Assembly: GCA_977017575.1 (NCBI GenBank)
Contig: CDRNVI010000003.1
Span: forward strand, 809,254-873,253
DNA length: 64,000 nt
Direction: 5' to 3'
From: Paramoeba atlantica
Taxonomy: Eukaryota; Protista; Discosea
In this document: positions 1 through 12,234 of the stretch, one piece after another
Position numbering within the stretch: the first letter of the stretch is position 1
Layout: every line of letters starts with the position of its first letter
Position numbers and translations under genes: made by a program
Notes under the pieces: model-generated
The model's database searches: none
The model's input: the letters and a program-made list of their open reading frames with translations, nothing else
Told to the model about the DNA's origin: nothing

Positions 1-1803
1 TTAATTCCTTCGGCCGAGGGCGTGCAGCAAGGTGATCCCCTAGGTCCCCTCCTGTTCTCTTTGGTTTTGTCGGGGGCAACGGAGGAAATCGCATCGCGTA
101 CAAAGCTCCAAACACAGTTATGGTATCTCGATGACGGTGTGATCATTGGCGAACCACAGGAAGTCCGGAAGGCACTAGACGTTCTCGCGGAAGTGGGAAC
201 TCAGTGGGGACTCTTTCTGAACCTCTCAAAATGTGAAATCATCACCCCCCCTGCGTCTGCCCACACCTCTGCTTTTTTCCCCGACATTCCTAGCGACAAA
301 ATAAGGTATGACGGAAACTTTGATATCCTTGGGAGTCCGGTGGGCTCTCCAGAACACTGTGCGAATTTCCTAAGGACACACGCGATCGAGCCAGCCCGCG
401 ATACGTTGGAAGCCATTTCCCTGATAGAAGACCCGCAAGTGGCCCTCGCCCTTATAAGGCAGTGCGCCGGATTCTGCCAAATGGTATACGCACTGCGTAC
501 CACCCCTCCCCAAGGCCTCGGAGAACTCTGTCGTCAGCTGGATTTTCACCTCATGCGCGCTGTGGAACACGCACTTTTTCCTCTTGATCTTCCCGCCCTT
601 GACCAACTACAACGGCCCAAACGTTACGGGGGATTCGGCCTTCGCTCATCGTTGCTTCACCACTCGGCCGCATACGTTTCTTCTGTGGCTTTTGCCTCCG
701 ACAAGGATAAGTGGGATGCAGCCGAAGCTGAAGGGTTTCTTGATTCGGCACGCGAAATAAATCAAAAAGTTGGGACTGTCCTGGTCGATCTGTATACTTG
801 ACGTATCCTCAAGCCAAGCTCACCAGACTACCACAACGAGGCACGGGACGCCCAGTCACGCCCGGCGAAAAGAAAACTTTCCCATTCCCTCCGCCACCCC
901 CTTTTACCCGACACCACAGAACCAGAAACCATCGTACCACGACAAAAACACCTGAGCCACGCAATCGCTGAACAGGAGTTCTATGCTGCTTACGCAAGGG
1001 CAGACGCCCGAACAAGGGCACGCTGGGTTTCTCAGTCAGGTAAAGGGGCCGGAAACTGGGTTTTTGTGACACCCTCAAAGCAAAGAGGGTTGGCTTTCAC
1101 CCCCACGGAGTTCCGGACGCTATCACGTTGGTGGTTGGGGGTGGATGTTTTCCCAGAGGATAGGCCTTGTCCCGCCGAAGGCTGTGCCCTCCCTCTCCTC
1201 AAGAACGGTGAACACGCCTTGCTCTGTAAAAATGGGCATGGCATCATCGCCCGCCACAACTCCCTGGCACAACAATTCACATCTTTCTGTTCCAAGGCCC
1301 AATTGGGACCACGGCGCGAGATGAGTCTCGGAAACCGAGGCCCCGGAGGAGCTCTCACGAGGCCTGCGGATGGCTTCCTGCCCACTGCATCCTTGGCAAA
1401 AGGGACTCTGGCGCAAGGCATGGTATTGGACTTTGCGGTCACCCACGCCCAGCAATTAAAGTATTTGGACTCAGTCCGTAATGCTAGCTGGGTGACCCCA
1501 GGGTCTTTTGCCGCGCACTATGCCGAGACCAAGGCGCGACAGCGACAAGAAGCAGACGAAGCCGGGCATCTCTTCACAGCAATGGTTGTAGAGTCCTTTG
1601 GGTCCTGGAGTGAAAGTGCCCTAGCGTTACTCCGGGATATCGGAACGCAACGGGCGAATGCGTCCAAGGGGTTTCTGTCACGGAGCCAAGCGCGAAATGA
1701 ACTCTTGACGGAGCTGAATGTTACGCTCATGCGTTCGCAGGCCCGGATGATGGTGTCACGCATCCCCGTGGCGGATCCAGCGGGGTCTTTGGTAGGGGCA
1801 TAA
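1..1803 (+). mobile_element. CRE-like non-LTR retrotransposon (alpha family), 3' part: RT plus REL endonuclease, interrupted by one in-frame TGA at 799-801
   Basis: RT motifs QQGDPLGPLLF and WYLDDG; Zn-knuckle CP..C..H...C, then RHN, RPAD, LDFAV and ES.G REL motifs. The frame continues through the TGA into ORF 1066-1803. Confidence 0.9.
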
Positions 1804-1877
1804 GCCCCTACCCACTGTGTCTTACCCACCTATTCTCAAGCCTTGCTCTCATGAGTGAGGTTCTCTAATGTGAGCCC

Positions 1878-2333
1878 GGATGCTGGTCGGGTCGACAGAG
1901 TCTATACTCACGCCTAGCCCGCGAGGGCTAGGTACCCCAAGTGAGGTAGTACACGGGCAGTGAATCTCCTCCCCGTCGGCCAGCATCCTGTTTCGTGACC
2001 GTGTCGCTGTCGACACAGGCCCGCGCCTGCGCCCTCCCATATAACAAGGGAAGGGTTCACAAGTCAGGCCGTGGAGAGGTCGAAAGACCCGGTCCGGAAC
2101 GCGCGAATGGATTGGGCATAGATTGCTTGTTTTAATTTTTACTGTTTTTCTTGTTTGTAGTATATACTTAGGGGAGACTAAATTGCTAGTTTTGGGCTGA
2201 GAAAAAAGGTACATCTGTGGACAGAAAAAGAATTGCTAATTTGATTGTTTGTTTTCAACTCGTATACCCCCCCCAATGGACCTACTTGGTTCGTCTACTG
2301 GGTCAAAATATAGAGGCAATGCCGCGATTCATA
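1878..2333 (+). other. Conserved structured 3' UTR of alpha CRE family, copy 1
   Basis: Near-identical to 2863-3333 and, inverted, to 9757-10594; always directly follows an alpha REL stop codon; multiple hairpins with GNRA loops. Confidence 0.8.
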
Positions 2334-2394
2334 CTTCTCCCCCCTTATTAATCGCAAAAAAAAAAAAAAAAAAGGAGTGTCTTTTTCTTAGTCT

Positions 2395-3333
2395 TTTCTT
2401 GGGGAATCCCATCGTGCTTGACTTCGCGGTCACCCATGCTCAGCAACTAAAATATACGGACAAAGTCCGGAACGCTAGCTGGGTAACCGCGGGGTCGTTT
2501 GCCGAGCATTATTCCTCCATGGAGAAGGGTAGGCAGCGCCGGGAAGCCGTTGACGCCGGGTGTGACTTTACGGCCATGGTGGTCGAAAGCTATGGCGCCT
2601 GGAGCCCCAGTGCTTCAGCAGTGATCCGCAAAGTTGGGGAACGTCTTTCACATGCCTCGTGTGGGTTATTGACAGAAGGGGAAGCCACGAGCAGAATCTT
2701 TACGGAGCTGAACGTCACCCTCATGCGCCTTCAGGCGCGCATGATGGTTACTCGTTTACTTCCTGAGGATCCGCTCTCTCCTACGGAGGTGTAAACGTTC
2801 GTAAACGTCGACCGCGCCCCTTTTGGCACGGGAACACGTTTGCGCCCATGAAGAGCTGGTCGGGATGCTGGTCGAGTCGACAGAGTCTATACTCACGCCT
2901 AGCCCGCGAGGGCTAGGTACCCCAAGTGAGGTAGTACACGGGTAGTGAATCTCCTCCCCGTCGGCCAGCATCCTGTTTCGTGACCGTGTCGCTGTCGACA
3001 CAGGCCCGCGCCTGCGCCCTCCCGTATAGCAAGGGAAGGGTTCACAAGTCAGGCCGTGGAGTGGTCGAAAGACCCGGTCCGGAACGCGCGAATGGATTGG
3101 GTCTGGATTGCTTGTTTTTATTTTTACTGTGTCTTATTTGTCGTATATACTTAGGGGAGATTGAATTGCTAGTTTTGGGTTGAGAAAAAAGAAAAAGAAA
3201 ATATACTTCTGTGGAAATGAAAAGAATTGCTAATTTGATTGCTTGTTTTAAATTCATATACCCCCCTAATGGACCTACTATTTACTTGGTTCGTCTACTG
3301 GGTCAAAATATAGAGGCAATGCCGCGATTCATA
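2395..3333 (+). mobile_element. 5'-truncated alpha CRE copy (REL C-terminus 2395-2794 plus 3' UTR copy 2)
   Basis: VLDFAVTHAQQLKY..VRNASWV..GSFAEHY..ESYG homologous to 1066-1803; same UTR. Confidence 0.85.
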
Positions 3334-3369
3334 AAAAGGAGTGTGCCAAAAAAAAAAAAAAAATTGGCC

Positions 3370-3570
3370 GCAAGCACATAACGAAGCGGTTAAAACGTTA
3401 TACGAAGCACAAGTACCGATTTCACAACCATATACGTATGTCCCAAGAATCTCACATTCTGGCGCCATCAAGAGAGATTTGATGTGTGGTTTCTACCAGG
3501 TACCGCTCTCATATGAAGCGCGGGCGTTCTACCGATTTAAATATCGCGGTATGGTATACACAACAGCGCA
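3370..3570 (+). pseudogene. VIPER-like RT fragment
   Basis: AIKRDLMCGFYQVPL..FYRF matches KRDLACGFWQV / KRDLSCGFYQV in the elements at 35207 and 47251. Confidence 0.75.
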
Positions 3571-3574
3571 AACA

Positions 3575-3896
3575 TGAACATCAGAAAAAGTGTGGAACCA
3601 GCTCCTTTCCTATTACCTCGGGTATTTTGCAAGGGGATGTGCTGGCTCCGTATTTATTTATCATGGTTCTCGATCGCATCCTTCACGCGGCATTGAAAAA
3701 TAAAGATGATGGACTAACGCTGAGCTCCGCCGGAACCAGAAAACGTGGATATAAATCAACACGAGTGACTGATATTGATTACGCTGATGATTTGATCCTG
3801 TTTTCCGACTCCAAACGTTCATTAGAAAGGATGGTCGACAGCGTCGCTACTGAAGCATCCAAAGCTAATTTGAGTATAGCCGCTGGAAGCGTGTAA
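3575..3896 (+). pseudogene. Non-LTR RT fragment (family unassigned)
   Basis: GILQGDVLAPYLF and DYADDL RT motifs. Confidence 0.75.
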
Positions 3897-3899
3897 TAG

Positions 3900-4663
3900 G
3901 TAGCAGTGGATGTGTAAAGCTGCTTGAGGCAGCTTTTCTTCATTTACGAGAGTTAACTGCGGATCTCAGCTTAGATATCAATTTCCGGAAATGTGAGTGG
4001 TTCCAGAAGGCCCCTCCCTGTGCTACCCAACCACTTCCATTAGAATCTTTGGGGGTAAACTTTCGGACGGATGCCATTAAGATTCTTGGTGCTTACATTG
4101 GCGCCGACCAGGTGGTAGAAAGTTTGCTTCTTCAAAAACTCGAGAAACACAAATGTCTGTTCCGCAGACTCCTAAAGATGGGTCCGAGCAACCTCTCACT
4201 GGCCATTTTGCGACGCTGTACAATTCCGCGACACGATTATCATCTCCGTGTACACAGACCGAATGCCACTCTTCATTTAGCGCAGGTTTTCGACACAGAG
4301 GTGGGTAAGGTCTTGGAAAAGTGGTGCGGAGCTGACTCCAATGCTTTGCAACTCGCAGCACTTCCAAAAAAATTTGGTGGTTTAGGTATCACATCCACGA
4401 TTCTGAAACACAAGTACTTCTTTGAAGCTGCCCAAACATCTATCGAAGAGCACCCAAAACCCATTAACGCTCCGGTAGGTTATAAAGGTAGCGACAAAGG
4501 TCAGAAGAAAATGCAGGATCGAAAAGAGGTGGCACGAAAACTTCTGAAGAAGAACTTAAACACGGAGTATGAAAAGCAAGTCGCAGAACTTAAGAAACAT
4601 TCGCATTTAGAGCTCATTCTGAACCGAAGCAAAGAAGCGAACTTACATTTAGAGAGTAAGTAA
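3900..4663 (+). pseudogene. Gamma CRE-like RT thumb/linker fragment
   Basis: IKILGAYIG..KLEKHKCLFRRLLKMGPSNLSLAILRRC homologous to 26366-26861. Confidence 0.8.
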
Positions 4664-4679
4664 CTTACATTTAGAGAGT

Positions 4680-6172
4680 TCCTCGCGTCAAACGATCCTC
4701 AAGAACTCGCTAATGCATACGAAAGACTCAAACAGTTACTCACAGAAAAACGGATTGAGCTCGCGCCGCAAAAATGCGTTTTCTTTGAAGGCATGAACTG
4801 TATTGCTATGCCAAGGCAACTGAAGCAGGACGGTATCATTCGGGAGTCCCACACCACCAAAGTCTTGGGCGCTTACATCGGAGAGGACGAGAAGGTCAGC
4901 CAAAAACTTATCCAGAAGCTCGAGAAGCATCAAACGATGTTCCGTCGACTTAAGACCATGGGGGCCAACAACATCTCTCTTTTGCTTTTATCCAAATGTG
5001 TTAACGTTCGACATCGTTACCACATGCGAGTCCATAATCCGGATAGCTCCTTGCAGCTTACACGCAATTTTGACAAGGAAGTCGACAATGTTCTACGATC
5101 GTGGCTCGACACTGAACTGTCGGAAGAAAAACTGGAATGGTTACGCCTTCCCCCCAAAAAGGGCGGGATCGGTCTTACGCCTTCGGAACCAATACGCGAG
5201 GTTCAGTTTTCAAAGTCGAAACAAGCTGCGCTGGAGCGCTCCAAACATCTTTCAGCTTCAACCAGCATTTTGACTTTGACAAGTGGATCTCAGGGGTCCC
5301 AGAGACCTTCCATTGATGAGTCCGTATCCGAAGAGCTGCATCATAACTTAGTACGCGACAACCTGATGAAATGCAAAGACAACGCTGTCATCATCAAGGC
5401 AGCCAGCGAAAAAGGAAACTCCTGTTGGCTAAACTCCTCTGCTAGGCAAATCTCCTCTCAGCACTTCACGCTCGCTTTAATGCCACGCCTAGGCATAGCC
5501 CACCCATCATTACCGACGAATCTGAAATGCCCTGGGTGTCAGATACTGTTGTCTGCTCAGGACGCGATTGCACACGTCACAGGTTGCGTCAAGTGTATGG
5601 GTAACAATGCGTCAACAAAACACAACTGCATGGTACGCAGGATTTACGACTTATGCATAAAAGCTGGAATTCCGTGCGAAATGGAGCCTAGACCATTCTC
5701 TAGTTATCGCTGCCTGAAATGCAACGAGGTGGTGGAAGGAGAGAGGAAGTCAGAGCATCAACGGACATGCGGTTCTCCCTCCTTCCACCGTTCCGGACCG
5801 GATTTGGCGATATACTGGGCAACGGGAATTATCTATTACGACTTCACAATCCTGCATGAATTTGCCCCATCGAATGCCGGCAGAAGCGGGGCGCAGTTAA
5901 TGCGAGATGCAATTAAAAGGAAACACGCCACGTACGTCAAAACAGGTTTGATACCGTTTGAGCAATTTAAATGCATCCCCATGCTTTCTGGAGGAGCGCT
6001 TCATAGCGGCACTAAGATTCTCCTTAACTCGCTTGCTGATGTGTGCGGCTTATCACGAGAGTTCGTAATACATGATCTCGCCTTGCGCTTGCAAGAGTTG
6101 AACGGGTCGATCGCGCTTTCTCAGCTTCGGAGATTCATTGACCCTCGCAGCGACGAAGAGTCTGCCTTTTGA
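4680..6172 (+). mobile_element. Beta CRE/SLACS-like element, 3' portion (RT thumb plus REL)
   Basis: KVLGAYIG; CPGC..H..GC..C; KHN; SGPDL.IYW..YYD motifs; homologous to 43679-45385. Confidence 0.85.
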
Positions 6173-6387
6173 AGAAGTTCTTTTTCGAACGTAGTTAATA
6201 AATGAAAAAGTGGAAATATTAACCCCTTTTTGATCTAATCTCATATGTAAACCTGGGTGTGTTATTAACTGAAGAGACAGGAAGTTTCCTTCTTGCTGCA
6301 AAAAAAAAGACAGCACGGAACAATCATATATACAAATGTCTTGGATAAAAAAAAAAAAAAAAAAAAAAAGAGAGTACGAATAACTAT

Positions 6388-7400
6388 GTGAATCCTTACC
6401 TTTTCCGCTACACCCTAATGATGCGACTTGGAATAAGTCTACCGAAAGCGCCAATAAACGTCGTATGCCCGGGATGCTGTGGTCCAGAAACATCTTCTAG
6501 TATTATTCCACATATCGCAGGATGCTCGAGATGCTCAGGTATGAACTGCACTCGTAAACACTCTCACATCGTGCGCTATCTAGCTGACTTGTGCGCGAAG
6601 GCAGGACTTCCGTGTGTTATCGAACCGCGAATTCACTCCTCATTTTATTGTACAAAGTGTAAATGCTCTATTTCTGCGGAGGTTTCTGACCAACATCCAT
6701 GTAAGGCGCGCAGGATTCGATCTGGCCCCGACCTCGCTATCATGTGGCCCCATATGGGAGAAGTCCTCTATGATTTCACAGTGGTTCACACTTGCTGCAA
6801 CAGTTACAAGAAACAAACAAGCAACTACCTACTGCAGCAAGCCCAGGAAAGGAAGTTCAAGAAATATGTGACAGAGAAAGGTGTGGACAGTGAGGCATTT
6901 CGTTGCATCGCCGCCTCAGATTGTGGTGTGTTGCACAACGACACAAAACAACTATTAAAGGCGTTGGCTCAGCGCGCGAATCGAAAATATGAAAACGTGC
7001 GTGAGGCTTTTCAGCTGGAACTTGAAAAGCTATCGGCTTACACGGTAATGTCTCAACTCCGAGATTACATCACCGATGAAAAGTGGATTGGGAGTTTACG
7101 ACTCTAAAAGAGTTCACTACCACACGTATATCTCCGTACAAATAAGTATTGATTAGTTGCCTTCGAATATATTAGGTCCTTTCGAATATATTAGATACTG
7201 CTACTTCTGCATTGATTCTTCATCACGTTTGACAACAATTGGCGCGTATACAATAATTGATCCGGGAACTGTTCTTTTTTACTTTGAGGCTTTGCTGGTT
7301 TCGAGGGGACAAGTGTCATCCATGCTGTTCCATGCTGTTTTATGCTGTTTTATGTGGTCCAACATATATTCAGCTCGATCTTTTTGTTTCATTCAAAACC
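6388..7400 (+). mobile_element. Gamma CRE-like element 3' end (REL ORF 6388-7107 plus 3' UTR)
   Basis: CPGC..H..GCSRC..RKH, SGPDLAIMWPH.GEVLYD; homologous to 26877-27878. Confidence 0.85.
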
Positions 7401-7544
7401 AAGGCCAGAGAACAGGAGGATAGACCATATTCCTTTGTTTTTTTGAAGACCTTTGTTTTTTTCTTCCTTCATTCCTTCACTGCCATTGTATACTACAACA
7501 AGACGTTAAAGTCGTAAAAAAAAAAGACTAAATCATTGATCGAC

Positions 7545-8180
7545 TAAAAATAGTAAACGCAGAGAAGCATGAAAGTTTTTCGTCCTCCCTATCCTACCTG
7601 GAAACCAAATCTCCTGAAAGAGCCGAAATTCACGCTGCCCTATTTGGTTTGAGTAAACTAAAAGAAGTTGAAAATGTTGTTGTACACACAGATTCGTATT
7701 ATGTGTGGAATTTTGTAAATATGCGCCGAAGGAAAGATCGACTGGTTGGTTTTGAAGGCTCGAATTCCGATCTGCTTAGTTTTCTGGATAGTTTTATTCG
7801 ATCAGCGCATTGTCAGGGGAGAACCATCACCTTTATTAAGGTCCGAGGCCATTGTGGGAATAAATGGAATGAAGAAGCGGATACCTTAAGTAAAAAGCTC
7901 GTTAGTTCGGAACCTATTTCTAAACGAAGAAAAAACCTGAACCGAGGAAATGAATCGGCCCACTCCGAATATGAGTGGATAGCGTGCCTTAAAACAATAG
8001 AAAAGAAAACCACGAACCCAACCCGTGAGGAGCGTCGGATGCGGCGTAAGAGAAAAGGTAAGTTACTAGACACCTTTTTTTTAAGTTACTAGACACCGCG
8101 TCTTCGCTTGCTAACGCAGAATTTGAACAAAGCGAAAAGAAACATTTCCGAACATCCAACCTGTAAACTCAGTGGTGTAC
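7545..8180 (+). pseudogene. RNase H (type 1) fragment, probably from an RNase H-bearing non-LTR element
   Basis: RAEIHAAL, VHTDS, FIKVRGHCGNKWNEEADTLSK are RNase HI motifs; the 5' part is missing. Confidence 0.75.
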
Positions 8181-8321
8181 TCAAAACGAAAGTAATGGAA
8201 AAATATATCTACCAATAGGGCGCACGATGGTGTGGGAATCAAATTCTATTAGTTCTAGTTTTAGGAGCATATATTTAGTGAAGCTTGAACAGTTTCTCAA
8301 CTGAAGGGTAATGCCTTCAGT

Positions 8322-8349
8322 GTTGTGTGTGTGTGTGTGTGTGTGTGTG
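8322..8349. repeat. (TG)n microsatellite
   Basis: Direct reading. Confidence 0.9.
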
Positions 8350-8599
8350 CATTGTGCTGTGTTCTCAAATGAGCAAAGCACTATCGTAGGTCAAATATTA
8401 AATATATAGAATTATAAGATTTAGCTTACAAAGACGCGTAAGCTTAGTTAGAACTACCCCCATACAATGGGGGGTAGCGCCAATACGAAATACTTATAGA
8501 CATTTCCAGGTTAGCGTATTTATTTATCTATTTATTTATTCATTTACTTGTAAGTTCTGTTCTAGTTATTTTTGGAGGTAGTTTCTCTCACGAGAGAAG

Positions 8600-9070
8600 G
8601 AAAAAAATGGTATACGAAATGGCGCGATTGCCAATGGGACATGCATGTGCACCGGAATTGCAACATATTCTTACTGCAGTTCTCGCGGGGCATCCTGATT
8701 ATGCGCGGAATTCATACCCACAAAAAGGAGACATTGATATATACCTTGACGGTTTTCGATGGAGTGGTGCGACATGTCAGAGGGATGAGTACGAGATATG
8801 GGTTGAAAACAGAGCTAAAAAGCTGGATATGACTTTCAAACCGTCGGACTCTGTCAACGGCACGGCTTACGACTTCCTCGGCGTTTCTTACAATCATAAA
8901 GATAAACTATTCCGTCTGTCCCAGCGCTTTGTTAAAAAATTGCCGAAAGACATGCCCGTAAAACTCCCTTTTCACGAATTGGAGACTCTAACTGCAAGAT
9001 TAATATACGCAAGTTCAATATTAAACATTCACTGCATTTTTTTTTCAAGTTCAATATTAAACATTCACTT
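8600..9070 (+). pseudogene. VIPER-like RT fragment
   Basis: YEMARLPMGHACAPEL..DIYLDGFRW..LIYASSIL matches the VIPER RTs in this window. Confidence 0.8.
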
Positions 9071-9693
9071 GCATTTTTTTTTTTTTGAATTTTTTATCTA
9101 CTTTTCGAACACTTTCGCACACTTTTCACACTTCACCGTACTTACTCTCCCCACTTCACTGTACTTACTCCCCACTTTCCACACTTTCCCTTAACCCTCT
9201 CATCCATCCCCGTCCTTACCCCCTACCCTATACCGACTCGTCCGCGCGAGCGCCCATGTGGTCCAGAGCCTCCGCTCCCACCCCGTTAGCAGTATCAGAT
9301 ACTTTGTGTTGCTGTACGAGGGTGGGAGACGTGGAGGTAACGAAGCGCAAAGACGCCGTCGCGCCAAGGGCAAAAAGCGGGAAGAGAGACATGGCGGGAC
9401 GGACGCGGAGACGAGGGAAAACGACGCCGCAGCCCATCCGTCTGGAACTCTGCCCCCACCCCGTGAGCAAGTATACAATACTTTGGGCTGCTGGCACGGG
9501 GGTGGGGGACGCAAGAGAGAAAGACAGAAGAACAACGAGCGCGCAGAGGCGGGAGGAAGAGGTGGGGAGATATGACGCGAGGGGATGATGGGATGAGAGA
9601 GGGAGGGGGGATGCCGGCAACAGAGTGAGAATTTGAGGGGGGTGCCCTCCCATGGTCCAGAAGATGTTGTAGGAAAGAAAAGGAGAAATAATT

Positions 9694-9731
9694 CAACAAG
9701 GTACAGAAACTGTATCTTTATCGTTAAAGTT
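9694..9731 (-). other. Full 38-nt spliced-leader (mini-exon)-like sequence, preceded by a second copy of its first 12 nt (9732-9743)
   Basis: AACTTTAACGATAAAGATACAGTTTCTGTACCTTGTTG shares the GATACAGTTTCTGTAC core and TTG end of kinetoplastid SLs; it is not followed by a GT donor. Confidence 0.85.
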
Positions 9732-9756
9732 ATCGTTAAAGTTTTTTTTTTTTTTT

Positions 9757-11500
9757 AGACGAACCAAGTAGGTCCATTGGGGGGGGTATATGATTTTAAA
9801 ACAAGCAATCAAATTAGCAATTTCATATTTTGGAGCCCAAAACTAGCAATTCGATCTCCCGTAAGTATAAGAACAATAAAAATAATAACAATAAAAGCAA
9901 GCAATCTATGCCCAATCCATTCGCGCGTTCCGGACCGGGTCTTTCGAAAATATGAAAACGTGCGTGAGGCTTTTCAGCTGGAACTTGAAAAGCTATCGGC
10001 TTACACGGTAGTGTCTCAACTCCGAGATTACATCACCGATGAAAAGTGGATTGGGAGTTTACGACTCTAAAAGAGTTCACTACCACACGTATATCTCCGT
10101 ACAAATAAGTATTGATTAGTTGCCTTCGAATATATTAGGTCCTTTCGAATATATTAGATACTGCTACTTCTGCATTGATTCTTCATCACGTTTGACAACA
10201 ATTGGCGCGTATACAATAATTGATCCGGGAACTGTTCTTTTTTACTTTGAGGCTTTGCTGGTTTCGAGGGGACAAGTGTCATCCATGCTGTTTTATGCTG
10301 TTTTATGTGGTCCAACATATGATGACCCGCCCAAGTACCGACTACGGATATTTAAGACAACGTTTTTTATTAAGACAACGTTTTTTATTCGACCTCTCCA
10401 CGGCCTGACTTGTGAACCCTTCCCTTGTTATACAGGAGGGCGCAGGCGCGGGCCTGTGTCGACAGCGACACGGTCGCGAAACAGGATGCTGGCCGACGGG
10501 GAGGAGATTCACTGCCCGTGTACTACCTCACTCGGGGTACCTAGCCCTCGCGGGCTAGGCGTGAGTATAGACTCTATCGACGCGACCAGCACCCTAATCG
10601 TCTTGTTACCCTAGAGGACCATGCCTGTGGGCCCTACTCCTCTTCCAGGGGAGCTTGGGGGTCACTGACGACTATCCGGGAGACCATCATGCGGGCCTGA
10701 GAGCGCATGAGTGTGACGTTAAGCTCTTTCAGAAGGTCATTTCGGGCTTGAGCATCCGTGAGAAGACCTTTTGACGAGTTGGCGCGTAGTGCTCCCACCT
10801 TCCATAAGACCGCCATTGCGCTTTTACTCCACGAGCCAAAAGACTCGACAACCATGGCCGTGAACCCTAGTTGTGCTTCTTCTGCTTCTTGACGTTGTTT
10901 TTCCTTCGTTTCTGAGTAATGCTCGGCGAAAGACCCTGCAGCCACCCAGCTAGCATTCCGGACAGAGTCCAAATACTTTGTTTGCTGTGCGTGAGTGACT
11001 GCGAAGTCTAGTACCATGCCTTTCCCTAGAGTGTACGTGGGGAGGAAAACGTCAGCCGGTCTGGTGAGACCCCCTCCTGGCCCCCGATTTCCCAGACTTT
11101 TTTCTCGCTGGGGAGCTATGTTGGCCTTGCTGCAAAAGGAGGCGAATTCTACACAAAGCGCATTGTGCCGCGTGATGCGGCCATGTCCGTTCTTACACAA
11201 TAATGCATGCTCCCCATTTTTCTGTAGGGGTAGGGAACACCCGTTTGCTGGGCAGGGGCGGTCTTGGCCATAAATGTCCATGCCAAACCACCAGCGCGAT
11301 AACGTGCGGAACTCGGTTGGTGTGAAGGCAAAACCTTTACTCCTTGAGGGCGTGACGAAGGCCCAGCTCCCAGCTCCCTTTCCTGACTGAGAAACCCATC
11401 GTGCTCGGGTGCGGGGGTCGGCCTTGCCGTAGGCTGTAGTGAATTCCTGCTGCGATATGGCTTGGCTCAGTTGCTGCTGCCGGGGGATAACCATTTCCGG
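9757..11500 (-). mobile_element. 5'-truncated alpha CRE copy (REL ORF 10634-11494, 3' UTR copy 3, poly(A) at 9742-9756)
   Basis: RPADVFLP, LDFAVTHAQQ, VESFG motifs; the UTR is split by a nested insert. Confidence 0.85.
9948..10387 (+). mobile_element. Nested gamma 3'-end fragment ending in two 18-bp units; TTCGA duplicated at the flanks
   Basis: Near-identical to ~6980-7370; TTCGA at 9943-9947 and 10388-10392. Confidence 0.75.
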
Positions 11501-11949
11501 CTATTCCAGAAATACACACTTCTGTCTCTTTTCACTGGAGCTCATTCCGGGTACAAAGAAACAACTCCAAGGATGCGGCATAGTAATAATACGAAACAAC
11601 GAACGTACATTATTCTACGGGAAAAACAAAGGTCTTAACAAAAGCCCGTGGAGCGCATATATTATATATATTCCGGCTCGGCCGTCTTATCCGCGTCCAT
11701 AAGTTCTAAACACAATATCAAGCCATTGTGCTGATACTATATTGTTTGTAGATGATACTAAGAGAGCATTTATACATGTATTTAGAATAACATTTATTTC
11801 ATTTCGTTGAAACTATCCGTAGAAACCAATTTGAACAAACAATCCTTCTAGGACACTATCTCCAACGATGCTTCTCAGTGTCTCGTATGTTACCACTCTT
11901 TTCTTATCTATTTACATCAGCTCCCCAAAAATGACCCAATTTTCCCAAG

Positions 11950-12228
11950 TCACTCCTTTAAAGGAGAAACCCAATCCGCTGCGGGTAAATGATGCCGCAG
12001 CTGTGTATAAATCGTATGCGCAGACAGTTTTTCAATAAGCAACTGAAATTGATTCAATGTTGTCTTTTTATCTAGCTTTGCCCGATCCGCAAGTATTTCA
12101 ACTAAATTTTTCGTATTCTCATGCAATAAACCAAAATTCGAAGCTGGTATACACAAAAACTGAGTTTCTTTGAAGATACCTGTTTTCACATATCGATTAT
12201 GTTTTCGCAATATAGACGCTTTAAACAA
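11950..12228 (-). pseudogene. CRE-like REL C-terminal fragment
   Basis: RKHNRYV..FLCIPAS..QLLIEKLSAHTIYTQLR resembles gamma C-termini. Confidence 0.7.
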
Positions 12229-12234
12229 CTCACC

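Noticed and set aside
1878-2125. HDV-like, hammerhead, twister ribozyme or SRP RNA identity for the alpha UTR
   Set aside because: GCGAATGG and GTCAGGCCG are suggestive, but I could not build P1/P3/P1.1, the CUGANGA core or SRP helix 8.
9694-9731. SL RNA gene
   Set aside because: No GT donor or intron follows, and each copy has different downstream sequence.
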